From Octopus sinensis (lineage: Eukaryota): 64,000 bases of DNA. Below, piece by piece: positions 1 to 13,417 of this stretch. The stretch covers positions 28,458,001-28,522,000 of the forward strand of contig NC_043015.1 in the NCBI RefSeq assembly GCF_006345805.1, written 5' to 3'. Made by a program: the position numbers and the translations under genes. The notes under the pieces are model-generated. The model was not told the DNA's origin. It worked only from the letters and a program-made list of their open reading frames with translations, and ran no database searches. The first letter of the stretch is position 1. The number at the start of each line of letters is the position of its first letter.

Positions 1-169
1 CACACTGAGGTCAGCTTAGCCTTTCTTTCATCCTTTGTGGGTCAATTGTAGTCCTTATACCAAAATTTGACAATTTAAAAATTTTATATTTATTTATTTA
101 TTGATTTATATATTTATATACATGTAAAAATTTTGCATTATGTAGCTGTGTGTGTGCATGTGCATATAT

Positions 170-437
170 ATATGATTCGAGCGAGGTCGTTGCCAGTGCC
201 GCCTGACTGGCCCCCGTGCCGGTGGCACATAAAAAGCACCCACTACACTATCGGAGTGGTTGGCATTACGAAGAGCATCCAGCTGTAGAAACTCTGCCAG
301 ATTAAGACTGGAGCCTGGTGCAGCCATCTGGTTCGGCAGCCCTCAGTCAAAATCGTCCAACCCATGCTAGCATGGAAGGCGGACGTTAGACGATGATGAT
401 GATAATGATGATGATGATGATGATGTGATGATGATGT
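170..437 (+). mobile_element. SINE family C (Meta-domain-like core GGCGTTAGGAAGGGCATCCAGCTG, (GAT)n tail), partial
   Basis: Same sequence recurs more than 12 times, e.g. 16215-16530, 26945-27350, 39150-39550, 42140-42455, 52310-52485, 54900-55350, 57590-58005; source of the (CAT/GAT)n tracts. Confidence 0.8.
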
Positions 438-472
438 AGTTGTTCATTTAGCTATTTAGTGTTTAAATTTGC

Positions 473-822
<350 letters not shown>

Positions 823-1946
823 GTCCCTTCATAAATATCGGAAAAAAAAAAAATTAAAAAAAAAAAAATTTTTAAACCTTCAAAAAGTGAAACGAAGCAA
901 AAAAAAAAATTAATAAAATGAAATAAAAACCCCAAAAACAAAGGTAAAAAAAGCCAATAACAAAACCAAGCTAACAGTGATTTTATTCAAATTAGTGCTC
1001 CAGTTTCAGTTCAGACTTCAAGTGGCCAAAATTTAAAAGAAGAAAAAAAAAAAATTTGTGCAGTTTTGTATGGAAAAAAAAATAGCCTCCTCCAAGCTTA
1101 GCCTTGTCTTCTATAATCAATAATACAGTTTATTAAATGGGTGTGTGGGTGGGGAAGGGTGGGACAGAACTAAGTAATTTAAGTAATTTGAATAATTGAT
1201 TTTAAAAAAAGTAATTAATTACTGGAAACAAAAAGAAAACTTTTCCTCACTACACATGATATTTGATTAATCACGAAAGAAATTTAATAAATTTTTAACC
1301 CCTTTTTTTTTTGTGTCTTTAAATTTTAAAGTTGTTAAGGATCACCTGCAAAACAAAAAAAAAAACAACAAAAAAAAAGAAAAAAAAGGAGAAAATGATG
1401 AAAGAAGTGATAAGTTTTCTTCTGTGTAAGTGTTTAAGAATGTTCCGGCGAGAAGGATTTGATCTGCCGTGTTCTGTTTGACATTGGATCTGTGTAAAAA
1501 AAGAAATGAAAAACTGAAACTTTTAAAAATTAAGTTTGGGTCGTTATAGTGAAAGAAAAAAACAACAACAACAACAAAAAATAGAACCAAACAAAAGAAA
1601 GCGAAAAAAAAGGGACTGAAGCCTATAAAGGTTTGGGTTTTCAGCATTTATACATTGATACACACCGCAAACCCTTACACACCCCTACACACACATGCAA
1701 TTTAAAATCTTCATTTTTGTAACCCCCATAAGTTTTGTTCATGTTTTTTTAAAAAAAATTTATTTATTTATGTATGTGTGTGTGTGTGTTTGTATACTCG
1801 TACATTCACATTTCTGCATATATGCTTATTTACATTCATGACACACCCCCACACCCCCACCCACCTACACACCCCCACACACGTCTGGTCAAACCGTCCA
1901 ACCCATGTCAACATGGAAAATGGATGTTAAATGGTGGTGATGACAT

Positions 1947-1988
<42 letters not shown>

Positions 1989-2096
1989 AAGAAAGGGTAA
2001 AATTAATTAATTAAGAAGTAATCAGTAATTTCACCAAGTAGAATTCGGCATGAAAAAGACCATTTCATGGTAAACTTAAGTAATACTAAATAACTG

Positions 2097-2240
2097 GGGT
2101 TCAGCAAAGATTTGCTTCACCACATACCGAAGTTTAGAAATAGCAGCCAAAAACTTTTGGCTATTTCTTCTACTTTAAAAGATTTTTTGACTGCTATTTC
2201 TAAACTTCGGTATGTGGTGAAGCAAATCTTTGCTGAACCC
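2097..2240. repeat. Fold-back (MITE-like) palindrome with ~57-bp arms
   Basis: gggttcagcaaag...gcagccaaaaa pairs with tttttgactgc...ctttgctgaaccc; core shared with 19688-19912. Confidence 0.85.
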
Positions 2241-2303
2241 TAATTATAAAGTATATATATATGCATATCCACATGTACATATGTGTGTGTGTGTGTCTAT
2301 ATA

Positions 2304-2358
<55 letters not shown>

Positions 2359-3118
2359 TTGCACACAAACCTACATACATACATTCTTGTTTTAAACTTT
2401 TCCAGGTTGGTGCTTTCCAGTTCACCAGTGATAAAACGATGTATTGAATTCAGATCCAATATTTTGTGCGAGTGTAATTTTTTAACGAATTACATTTGAA
2501 GGAACACTTTTCTTTTCTTTTTTTTTTTTTTTTTTTTTTTGGTTTTTTAGGGATTCTTTTTTAAAATGGAGAATATCTAAAACAGTCTTGATTCTTTCCT
2601 CGTGGGTGACTATTTAGTTTAATGTGTAAGTCAACAAAACCCCTGTACACATGGATGTTTTACTCCATCACAAGTATATCTCTGTGTTCCCATTCTTTTT
2701 TTAGGTAAGACATTTTACTTGCCTTCAACTATATACATGGAAAATGCACATATGTCCCACACCATGACAAATAGGGTAGCTGGCTCATGGAAAATGGTGT
2801 CTACCGTTTTGCAGTGTTAGCTTTTTATTTTCGTTTTGTTTTTGTTATTGTTCAAACCTATCTAATTTCATATCTACATTGAGTACATTATTTCGTGATC
2901 TTGTTTGAACTTTGTATGTGTCGTATGATAAACATAAATGAAACAAAAACCTGCATACATTTCAAGTGGAAGGTAGACAAATAATCATTAACAATTGGCA
3001 AAAAATCGTCACCAATCTGTAATTAAAAAAACACTAACTGTAATCTGTAATTAAGACACATTCGATTCATTTACAGGGTATTGTAAATGATAGAAAGGAA
3101 ATATGAACTATAAAATTT

Positions 3119-3513
3119 GAGTGGCTGTGTGGTAAGTAGCTTGCTTATGAACCACATGGTTCCGGGTTCAGTCCCACTGCATGGCACCTTGGGCAAGTGT
3201 CTTCTGCTATAGCCTCGGGCCAACCAAAGCCTTGTGAGTGGATTTGGTAGACGGAAACTGAAAGAAGCCTGTCGTATATATATATATATATGTATGTTTG
3301 TATGTTTGTGTGTCTGTGTTTGTCCCCCCAACATCGCTTGACAACCGATGCTGGTGTGTTTATGTCCCCATAACTTAACGGTTCGGCAAAAGAGACTGAT
3401 AGAATAAGTACTAGGCTTGCAAAGAATAAGTCCTGGGGTCGATTTGCTCGACTAAAAAAAAAGGCGGTGCTCCAGCATGGCCACAGTCAAATGACTGAAA
3501 CAAGTAAAAGAGT
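3119..3513 (+). mobile_element. SINE family A (tRNA head GGAGTGGCTGTGTGG, internal (TA)n(TG)n, (GAGTAAAA)n tail)
   Basis: A and B boxes; further copies at 8286-8691, 10717-11120, 22845-23265, 36508-36911, 42924-43373, 50234-50659, 55733-56146 (+) and 30172-30583, 33703-34139, 43770-44260 (-). Confidence 0.88.
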
Positions 3514-5039
3514 ATACAACACAAGCACTCTCTCTCTCTCTCTCTCTCTGACATAACATACACATATAGCTATACATCTATCATACATAGACACACATAC
3601 ATACAACCACCCACCCACACACCACTCACCCCCACTCACACACCATCACCTTTAGTGTTTGCCTTCCTCTTAGTTTCAGTTAGTGTACTAGTGTTTCCCA
3701 TTGTTAGTCATGTTACAGGTACAAGTTTCATAAGATCACACATTTCTTTGTGCAATTATCATTTTTTTTTTTTTGGTTTTTCTGAAATATTAAATTTTTT
3801 TCTCAAAATGAATTTCTATTATTATTATTTTTACTTTTTTGCTTTAAACCTGCAGAGTTCAACTTTGCATTTTAATCCTGTGTAAAATAAGTACCAGTAA
3901 TATTTGTGGACCCTAAAGAATGAGTTGAAATGTTACTGTTTAATAAACATGTCCAACCCAGAATAATTAAATTTTAAAAATGGATGCAAAATTGAAGGGT
4001 TTTTTTTTTTGAAAAAAAAGTCCATTATTGTTTACTCCCTGATTGATAAGTTTGAAAAAAAACCCCCAAATGTAATGAACTGCTGTGCTTTTTTTTTAAA
4101 TGTTCTATATGAAGTGGCTTTTACCTAAAGTGGTTTTGTATTTGGCTATGTTGCTTAATTGGTGAAGTTTTTGGGCTGTTAGTTTGAATTGGACAAAGGA
4201 GCAATTGACTGTCTTTGAGTAAATATACAAGCAGCTTAAATGGAAAATCAGTGGTGCTTTATATTGTACCGTTCCTTCTGCTAATGAAAAATTAGGATGA
4301 CTCATATACGCGAAAAAGAAGAGAAAAATGCAATGTTAAAAAAACTGAAATGAAAACAGACCTTATTCATGATGTGAATGATATTTGGATAGAATTAGAT
4401 ATGAACCCCTTCCTTTTGGAAATACAACTAAATGTTTTTTGGCTGCCATGTATGAGATACGTGGCGCTATGATCTCCTCAGAAATAAAATTTTAAATTAA
4501 AAAAGAAAAGAAAAATATTTTGCTGACAACATTTCTCAAACTGAAAAAGTAGTAGTTTTAAATGTTTAACAGGTCTGAAAAAAATTGTGGCAGGTGGAAA
4601 TTATAAATGAATGAATCAATATATAAAGAATTAATAATAATACGGAGAAGAGTGTGACTCCAAGAAATACAATTCCAACAACGATATGCAGATATAAATA
4701 ACGAAGATTATAATAGTTGTCAAATCATAATTTCCATTCTGCCACAAGAGCAATGAAGATGCGAATATAAATTATACAATACAGCCATTTCAGTGCTGTG
4801 AAAAAATATATATATAAACTGTCTTTTAATAATAATAATAATCTTTGTACAATAAATAAAGCCAACCTTAGAGAATACAAATTTGAGTCAGTGTTTTGAC
4901 AGAGAAATGTGAAAACACTACTGTATGTATTTTCCGAATTTTGCTAAAAGCACATTGGACACACATGCAGATATAGAGAACGTTGCACAATTCTTTAGCT
5001 TTATATTAACTTTTAAGACAATGGTTTTTTAATTAAAAC

Positions 5040-5257
5040 AATACATATATATACATATACATACACACATACATATATATATATATATATGGTGTGTGTG
5101 TATATATGTATATATGTATATGCGTAACATAGTTTCTAGAAATGTGCTTGTTTGTATACGCTTGTTTGGGGTGTTTGTGTGTGTATTGAGAGAATCAGAG
5201 AAACCATTTGGGTTGATATATATATGTGTGTGTGGTGTGTGTGTGTGTGTGTGCGTG

Positions 5258-5289
<32 letters not shown>

Positions 5290-5310
5290 TATACATATAT
5301 ATATATATAT

Positions 5311-5388
<78 letters not shown>

Positions 5389-5391
5389 CAC

Positions 5392-5452
<61 letters not shown>

Positions 5453-5610
5453 TATACATATATATATACATATATATATACATTATATATATATATATAT
5501 ATATTACATATATATATATATATATATACACTCACATACACATTTTTATATGTATAGTTTGCCACTTAGAAAAGCCATTCTTTTATGTGTGTGTGTGTGT
5601 GTGTATAATT
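5040..5610. repeat. Compound (TA)n/(CA)n/(TG)n microsatellite region
   Basis: Direct reading; generates the YIYI ORFs. Confidence 0.95.
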
Positions 5611-5789
5611 TTGTTGTTTGTTTTTTTTTTTTTCCTCCTTATTATTATATATAGCAAGACATTCCAGTCTGAGCTGTTTGTACTTTCATTGTGATATCAA
5701 AAACATTGCCTTTCACACTTTAAATATTTAAAAAAAATAAAAAAAAATAAAATGAAATGAAATAAAATAAAAATAAAATAAAATAAAAA

Positions 5790-5982
5790 AAAAAATATTG
5801 CTGTGATGAACGACATTAAATCTTGGTCATGTCAATGATGATGATGTTGGTGGTGGTGGTTGCTGGTAGTCACAGTGGTGATGGTGTTGGTGGTGGTGGT
5901 CGTGGCGGTAGTGATGTTTTTGTTTTTTCGTTTTTCTATCTTAAGATGATGGTGGTTTGAAAAAAACATTAACCATCACCAC

Positions 5983-6033
<51 letters not shown>

Positions 6034-6659
6034 TGTACTGATTTATCACAAAACTTATCTTCATTGTTATCACCATCACCGTTATTGTTAAATATTATAG
6101 TATTGGTGATGGTGGTGGTGGTGGTGGTGGTGGTGATGATGACGATGACGACGACTTTTTTTAAGCACAAAAAAGGCTTCAGACGTCATCAAGCTTTTTT
6201 CTATCACCATCACCACCATCACCATCATCATCATCATAAACACCACCTTCGTTTAATTAAATCTAAATTTGGTCGCATCCTCTTCGTTGGCAACCAAACA
6301 AAATTTTTTTTTCTTTTCTCTTCCCTCCTCCCTACATTTTATTTATTTTTTTTTTTTTACCAGCTCATTTCTTTTAATAATAATAATAATAAAATAATAA
6401 TCACTTAATTCAGATATTATATAACACAAGACACACTCACACACACACAATAATAAAAAAAAAAAATATTGCTGTGATGAACGACATTAAATCTTGGTCA
6501 TGTCAATGATGATGATGTTGGTGGTGGTGGTTGCTGGTAGTCACAGTGGTGATGGTGTTGGTGGTGGTGGTCGTGGCGGTAGTGATGTTTTTGTTTTGTT
6601 TTTTTCGTTTTTCTATCTTAAGATGATGGTGGTTTGAAAAAAACATTAACCATCACCAC

Positions 6660-6713
<54 letters not shown>

Positions 6714-7142
6714 TGTACTGATTTATCACAAAACTTATCTTCATTGTTATCACCATCACCGTTATTGTTAAATATTATAGTATTGGTGATGGTGGAGGTG
6801 GTGGTGGTGGTGATGATGATGACGATGACGACGACTTTTTTTAAGCACAAAAAAGGCTTCAGACGTCATCAAGCTTTTTTCTATCACCATCACCACCATC
6901 ACCATCATCATCATAAACACCACCTTCGTTTAATTAAATCTAAATTTGGTCGCATCCTCTTCGTTGGCAACCAAACAAAATTTTTTTTTCTTTTCTCTTC
7001 CCTCCTCCCTACATTTTATTTTATTTTTTTTTTTTTACCAGCTCATTTCTTTTAATAATAATAATAATAATAATAATCACTTAATTCAGATATTATATAA
7101 CACAAGACACACTCACACACACACAATAATAAAAAAAAAAAA
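5790..7142. repeat. Tandem duplication of a ~675-bp low-complexity unit
   Basis: atattgctgtgatgaacgacatt starts at ~5796 and ~6466; the copies differ mainly in microsatellite lengths. Confidence 0.92.
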
Positions 7143-7512
7143 TTGAAAATTATAAATAAATAGAAAAGACAAAAAAAAAAACAAACCGTTTTTATATATA
7201 TATTTCACACCACGTGTGATTAAAAAAAAAAAAAAGCATGATTTTTAGATCCATAATCATATATGCTTTTGGCCCCCACCTCAGCCCTTGAAAAAATGTA
7301 ATGGAAAGAAGAAGCTTTGCGTACTTCAAAGTTTTTCTGTTTGAAGTACTTTTCTACTAGGACCCCTTTTCTGAGTTTTCTGCATTTCTCCCTTTTCACA
7401 TACTTCAGTCACATATCACAATAATGAAATAACGTGCTTTGCTTTTTCTTTCTTTCTTTCTTCCTTTCTTTTTCGAATTATATTAAAATCCCTCCTCATT
7501 TTAATCTCTCTC

Positions 7513-7545
<33 letters not shown>

Positions 7546-7664
7546 TCTTTCTCTAGAGATTTAAATATTTTATAATGTAGAAAAAGAAGGATTTTAATAG
7601 CAAAAAAAAAAAAAAAAAAACTTGTTTCTTTTCTTCTCTCTCTACTTCCATCAGTATCATAATA

Positions 7665-7695
<31 letters not shown>

Positions 7696-8114
7696 TAGCA
7701 ACGATAATCATTAAAAAAAACAACAAAAACAAACAAAAAATACTTTGGTCATTTAAAAAAAAAAAATTATTTTAGTTTCATAGTTTTAAAACAAAACTGT
7801 TATTAGATTCATGAACAATTAACTGTGCCATCTTTTTATGTGCGACCTTTTTTTTTTTGCCCCCAGGTTTGAAATGGAAAAAAAAAAATAAAAATAAAAA
7901 AAAATAAATGAAAATGAATAAAATTCTGATTGAAAAAAAAAATTTTATGGTGGAGATAATTTGAAATAAAGAGTGAACAAAGAAATAGATTTGGTTTGCT
8001 TCTTATTTTTTCTTTCTTTAATTTTAATTCTTTTTTTTTATTTGAGGTTTCTTGTTTCGGTAATTGTCTTTTGCTGGGGAATCACCCGTTTGTTTGAGCT
8101 GACATGGAGATTAA

Positions 8115-8746
8115 CCCTTTCGTTACTGTATTTATTTTGAGATGCTCTGTGTTTCTTTCAATTACTTTGAATATAACAAAGAATTTACTAAAATAACTTA
8201 GTTACCATTAGGCTAGTATTAAGAACATAAATTATGACTAAGGTTTGGTGGAAGATTTTAATTCAAAACTTATGAAAACAAGACAGGAGTGGCTGTGTGG
8301 TAAGTAGCTTGCTAACCAACCACATGGTTCCGGATTCAGTCCCACTACGTGGCATCTTGGGCAAGTGTCTTCTGCTATAGCCCCGGGCCGACCAAAGCCT
8401 TGTGAGTAGATTTGGTAGACGGAAACTGAAAGAAGCCTGTCGTATATATGTATATATATATATATGTATGTGTGTGTGTTTGTGTGTCTGTGTTTGTCCC
8501 GCTAGCATTGCTTGACAACCGATGCTGGTGTGTTTACGTCCCCGTCACTTAGCGGTTCGGCAAAAAGAGACTGATAGAATAAGTACTGGGCTTACAAAAA
8601 GAATAAGTCACGGGGTCGAGTTGCTCGACTAAAGGCGGTGCTCCAGCATGGCCGCAGTCAAATGACTGAAACAAGTAAAAGAGTAAAGAGTAAGACATTT
8701 GTACTTAGAGCCAGAAGTGGTTTCAGCCGGGTTGGTAACAAAAGGG
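8115..8746. mobile_element. TTAA-flanked piggyBac-like MITE interrupted by a family A SINE
   Basis: TTAA-CCCTTT...AAAGGG-TTAA; an uninterrupted 223-bp copy lies in the opposite orientation at 52861-53083. Confidence 0.8.
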
Positions 8747-8956
8747 TTAAAAATCATCATTTTAATGTCCATTTTTCTATGACAAGATGCCCTTCCTGAT
8801 GCCAAATCTATTTCTAAGGAAAGTAATATTTTCCCAAGGCCAGACATATTTTTGCAGAACATTGGAAACCAATGACACTGCTTGTATGCAGTGATACACA
8901 TTTACAACTATCACACAATGCCAAGACAAGAAGACACAAAATACTCATACATACAA

Positions 8957-8987
<31 letters not shown>

Positions 8988-8993
8988 TATCTA

Positions 8994-9508
8994 CCGTAAA
9001 TCCTCAAGTATAATCCGCATTTTTTCCCCAAAATTTCAAAGTCAAAATCCCTAGTGCGTACTATAAACGAGGTTAAAAATGAAAATTATTTTCTAAGCAA
9101 TGTCCGAGTCTCTATTTTCTGTCTGGCAATGTTTATTCAGACACATTTTGTGATGTCGGGCGCAAAAATACTTCAAGCTAAGCCTGAAAGCAATGAAGTC
9201 ATTAAAGAATCATCCATAACTTGCAGTAAGCAACATTTATTAAACGTTATTACTGTTATTTCTTTATTTTCTGCAACCAAAATGCACAAAAAAGCTACAC
9301 ATTTGCATTATGTTATATATACAATAATAATAATAGAGGACGTTACTGGATACATTTTTGCAAACCAAGGACGTTATATAGACCTCCTTGACTCATGTTA
9401 GAGAAGGGGTGCATATTGTACACAAGGTTTAGGTTTTTCAGAGGTACAGCCCCCTAAAAATCCCCTGTGTATTATACTCAAGGGCGGACTATACTTGAGG
9501 ATTTACGA
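8994..9508. mobile_element. Tc1/pogo-like MITE
   Basis: TA-flanked TIRs (c/t)cgtaaatcctcaagtata(a/g)tccgc. Confidence 0.8.
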
Positions 9509-9719
9509 TATATATATATATATATATCATCATCATCATCGTCATTGTATAATGTCTGCTTGCTGGCATGGGTTGGTCAGTTTGACATGGAATTGGCTAG
9601 CAGGGTGCTGTCCAGACTCCAGCTGTCTGTTGTGGCATAGTTTCTACAGCCAAATGCCCTTCCTAACACCAACTACTTAGCAGAGTGTGCTGGGTGCTTT
9701 TTATGTATTTATATATATA

Positions 9720-10111
9720 CTGGCAGTACTGCCCGGCGTTGCTCGGGTTTGTTTCGACCCTTTAGAATTGGAATTTTTGAAAAGTAAAAATTTTGCATTA
9801 TGTAGCTTGTTATTCTCTTTAAGTGAACATTTTTCTGGTTGAAATACACCGAAAAATGGCGACACAGCAGTAAAAAAATTGTAAAAAATAAAGTTTTTCA
9901 TAGAAAAAAAGCACCTTTTTGATGTAAATGATTTTTGGTATTAGCATGGTCTAGTTTGAATTTTATCTTCTACGGAATGAAGAGCAAGCCTTCTTCTATC
10001 ATACTCTCAATTTTGGTCAACTTGCACCGCAGGGCCTCGGAGTAGATAGTGTTAGTTGAAGGCTACCAAATCTGCCACACCCAGACAACTTCAGCTTTAT
10101 ATATAGAGAGA
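9720..10111 (-). mobile_element. Non-autonomous Helitron
   Basis: Minus strand starts A|TC-tctctatatataaag and ends with the cccgagcaacgccggg hairpin plus CCAG|T; a 5'-truncated sister copy ending in CTAG lies at 13607-13915. Confidence 0.75.
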
Positions 10112-10134
10112 TTAAGAAAGTAATGAGTATATAT

Positions 10135-11420
10135 ATGCTTATGACAGCCCATCAAAGGTGATGACAGTGTAGATCCAAGACATCCAGCCTGCTCCATCTC
10201 CAGCACATTGTTTTTCATAGGAGTGGTTGACAAGACCGATATGAGATGGGCATATCCTGTGGCAGATAGGGCAGCGAGCTGGCAGAAACGTTAGCACTCC
10301 GGGCGAAATGCGTAGCCTTATTTCGTCTGCCATTACGTTCTGAGTTCAAATTCCACTGAGACCGACTTTGCCTTTCATCCTTTGAGGGTTGATAAATTAA
10401 GTACCAGTTACGCACTGGAGTCGATATAATCGACTTAATCCGTTTGTCTGTCCTTGTTTGTCCCTTCTGTGTTCAGCCCCTTGTGGATAGTAAAGAAATA
10501 GATAGGGCACTGAAGGTGATTTGAAACAACTGGTGCAGGGGTTTGATGACAACGGCTCATCTTCTCTTCATACAGTCTTCTGCTTTCAGTTTCAAAGCTC
10601 TCTAATCCAGCATTACAGATGGACTGCCATGCCTTCTGTTGACAGCCCAGGGCTCAAACCAATTGGGAGGGACACAGCATAAAATGAGAGATGGCTTGGA
10701 GTGATCATGAAAATAGTGGTAAGTAGCTTGTTTACAAACCACATGGTGCCGGGTTCAGTCCCACTGCATGGCATCTTGGGCAAGTGTCTTCTACTATAGC
10801 CCCGGGCCGACCAATGCCTTGTGAGTGGATTTCGTAGACGGAAACTGAAAGAAGCCCGTTATATATATGTATATCTATATATATATATGTTTGTGTGTGT
10901 GTGTATGTGTTTGTGTGTGTGTGTTTGTCCCCCTAGCATTGCTTGACAACCGATGCTGGTGTGTTTACGTCCCCGTAACTTAGCGGTTCGGCAAAAGAGA
11001 CCGATAGAATAAGTACTGGGCTTAAAAAAGAATAAGTCCCAGGGTCGATTTGCTCGACTAAAGGCGGTGCTCCAGCATGGCCGCAGTCAAATGACTGAAA
11101 CAAGTAAAAGAGTAAAGAGTATCCATGAGGCCTTTTCCTGGTCTCAATATTGTTGAAGAGGATCATCTTCAGGAGCTGTTTAATCAGCATCTGAAACACA
11201 TGGCCAACCCAGAGGAGGAGAAGACAAAGGATGCAGGCCTCAACACTGTATATCCCAACTCTCAGGAGGATTTTGGTATGTAGCGCCTTGTCCTTTCACA
11301 TGAGGTTTAGGATAATTTCGAGTGATCTGATATGAAAAGCTTCTAGTTGTCTGGTCTGGCACTGGAAAAGGGTTCAGCTCTCAGACCTGTGCAGAGGGTG
11401 GATACTCAGAGAACTCGATT
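10135..11420 (-). mobile_element. Decayed RTE-like LINE 3' region split by two SINE insertions
   Basis: LEAFHIRSL, WVGH, WQSIC..GLESFE..R and C-terminal zinc finger CPICHRICPSHIGLVNH; the SINE at 10263-10500 has a gatagggca TSD. Confidence 0.75.
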
Positions 11421-12233
11421 AAATGGAAACTTTTTTGCTTGCTCTAAGGTTCTTGTTCACTGAGTCTCCCAAAAGATGCAAAACAGCTTCTGAAGATGAT
11501 CCTCTTCAACAAGATCGAGACTGGAAAAAGGCCTCATGGGCGTCCAAAATTTTGTTTTCATGATCACTCCCAAGCCATCTCTCAATTTATGCTGTCCCGC
11601 CCCCAATTGGTTTTAGCCCTGGGTTGTTAACAGAAGTTAACAAAGTTGAACTGACAGATTCCAGTGTTAGAGATTGTGCTTTTGAGATAGCAAAATGAGT
11701 GTGCCTGTGGTAGAGAATTATCAACAATAAAAACGGGATGAGGTGAAGGTGAGTACATCTAAAACCATTATGACCCAGTAACATTTTACATACTTTCATT
11801 CAACCCCAGGATGGCAAAAGAGTTGACAAAGAACAGTAGAAATTGCATTCACCTCAATAGACGTCATTGAATGGTTGAAATTGCGGAAATGCAAGAAATT
11901 TAACAAGAAATAGCTTACAAACTACAGAATTTTCTCAAGAAAGCCAAGAGAAAAAGATGTTTTATGTAACACATTCTACCAGTGTACGAAGTTTAAAAGT
12001 GTTTAGTTACAAAGAAATTATTTTAAAAATCTGCCGGTCAAAGTGAAAAGATCCCCCAAAAATATTTGTTGCGACTATGTTTGATGAAATTAAGTATCTT
12101 CAAATGAAATCTCAATTGTTACGCATTTTGCGATTTGTTGATGAGAAGGAAAAGCCTTGAAAAAAGGTTTTTTCTGATACGTCAATGTCAGTAAAGCTAG
12201 AAAAGCTGCATCGCTGACAGGAGTTTACTTTGC

Positions 12234-12491
12234 GGTACTACTAAAGAACAATGGTCCCGGTGCGCGCACTCGCGCATCCGCGCTAGCTAGTCATGACTAG
12301 TCAATCCTTACTTTGTGTTTTTGTGTTTTATTTACTTTGTTTAACAAAAATTATTTGCTTTGTGTAAAAAAATGATTTATTTTGTGTTATATTTACTTTG
12401 CTAAGGTAGTCGTTGTAGGATCGACTAGTCACGACTAGCTAGCGCGGATACGCGAGTGCGCGCACCGGGACCGCTCTTCTTAAGTAGTACC
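12234..12491. mobile_element. MITE-like element with ~65-bp CpG-rich terminal inverted repeats
   Basis: ggtcccggtgcgcgcactcgcg...cgcgagtgcgcgcaccgggacc. Confidence 0.8.
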
Positions 12492-12645
12492 TTAATTTGC
12501 TGGGTGTGTAAAGGAATTACCTTCTTCTAAGTGTATTCTATAACACTAAAAACCATTTCCCCCTAAATATGCGCTGCTGAAATTAGGGTGCATCTAATAT
12601 GCATGTACGTTTTTTATGTCATTAAATACGGTATTATATCTTACT

Positions 12646-13417
12646 AAGGCGGCGATCTGGCAGACACGTTAGCACGCCGGGCGAAATGCTTAGCGGTATT
12701 TCGTCCGCCGCTGCGTTCTGAGTTCAAATTCCGCCGAGGTCGATTTTACCTTTCATCCTTTCGGGGTCGATAAATTAAGTACCAGTTACGCACTGGGGTC
12801 GATATAATCGACTTAATCCGTTTATCTGTCCTTGTTTGTCCTCTCTGTGTTTAGTCCCTTGTGGGTAGTAAAGAAATAGGTATTTTGTCTGCCGTTACGT
12901 TCTGAGTTCGAATTCCGCTGAGGTCGACTTCACCTTATATCCTTTCGGGGTCGATAAATAAGTACCAATTACGCACTGGGGTCGATATAATCGACTTAAT
13001 CCCTTTGTCTGTCCTTGTTTGTCCTCTCTGTGTTTAGCCCCTTGTGGGTAGTAAAGAAATAGGTATTTCGTCCGTCTTTACGTTCTGAGTTCAAATTCCG
13101 CTGAGGTCGACTTTACCTTTCATCCTTTCGGGGTCGATAAATAAGTACCAATTACGCACTGGGGTCGATATAATCGACTTAATCCCTTTGTCTGTCCTTG
13201 TTTGTCCTCTCTGTGTTTAGCCCCTTGTGGGTAGTAAAGAAATAGGTATTTCGTCCGTCTTTACGTTCTGAGTTCAAATTCCGCTGAGGTCGACTTTACC
13301 TTTCATCCTTTCGGGGTCGATAAATAAGTACCAATTACGCACTGGGGTCGATATAATCGACTTAATCCCTTTGTCTGTCCTCTCTGTGTTTAGCCCCTTG
13401 TGGGTAGTAAAGAAATA
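12646..13417 (+). mobile_element. SINE family B (Nin/Deu-like core GCCTTTCATCCTTTCGGGGTCGATAAA..AAGTACCAG) tetramer
   Basis: One full unit plus three headless units (183, 183 and 173 bp) within a 16-bp TSD; other copies or multimers at 24340-24680, 28759-28970, 30965-31382, 34205-34748, 37338-37567, 41605-42021, 47353-48620, 56293-56690. Confidence 0.88.

Noticed and set aside
5029-5694. Long YIYI/HTHT ORFs (also 43902-44248 and 61989-62636)
   Set aside because: Translations of (TA)n/(CA)n microsatellites, open in several frames on both strands
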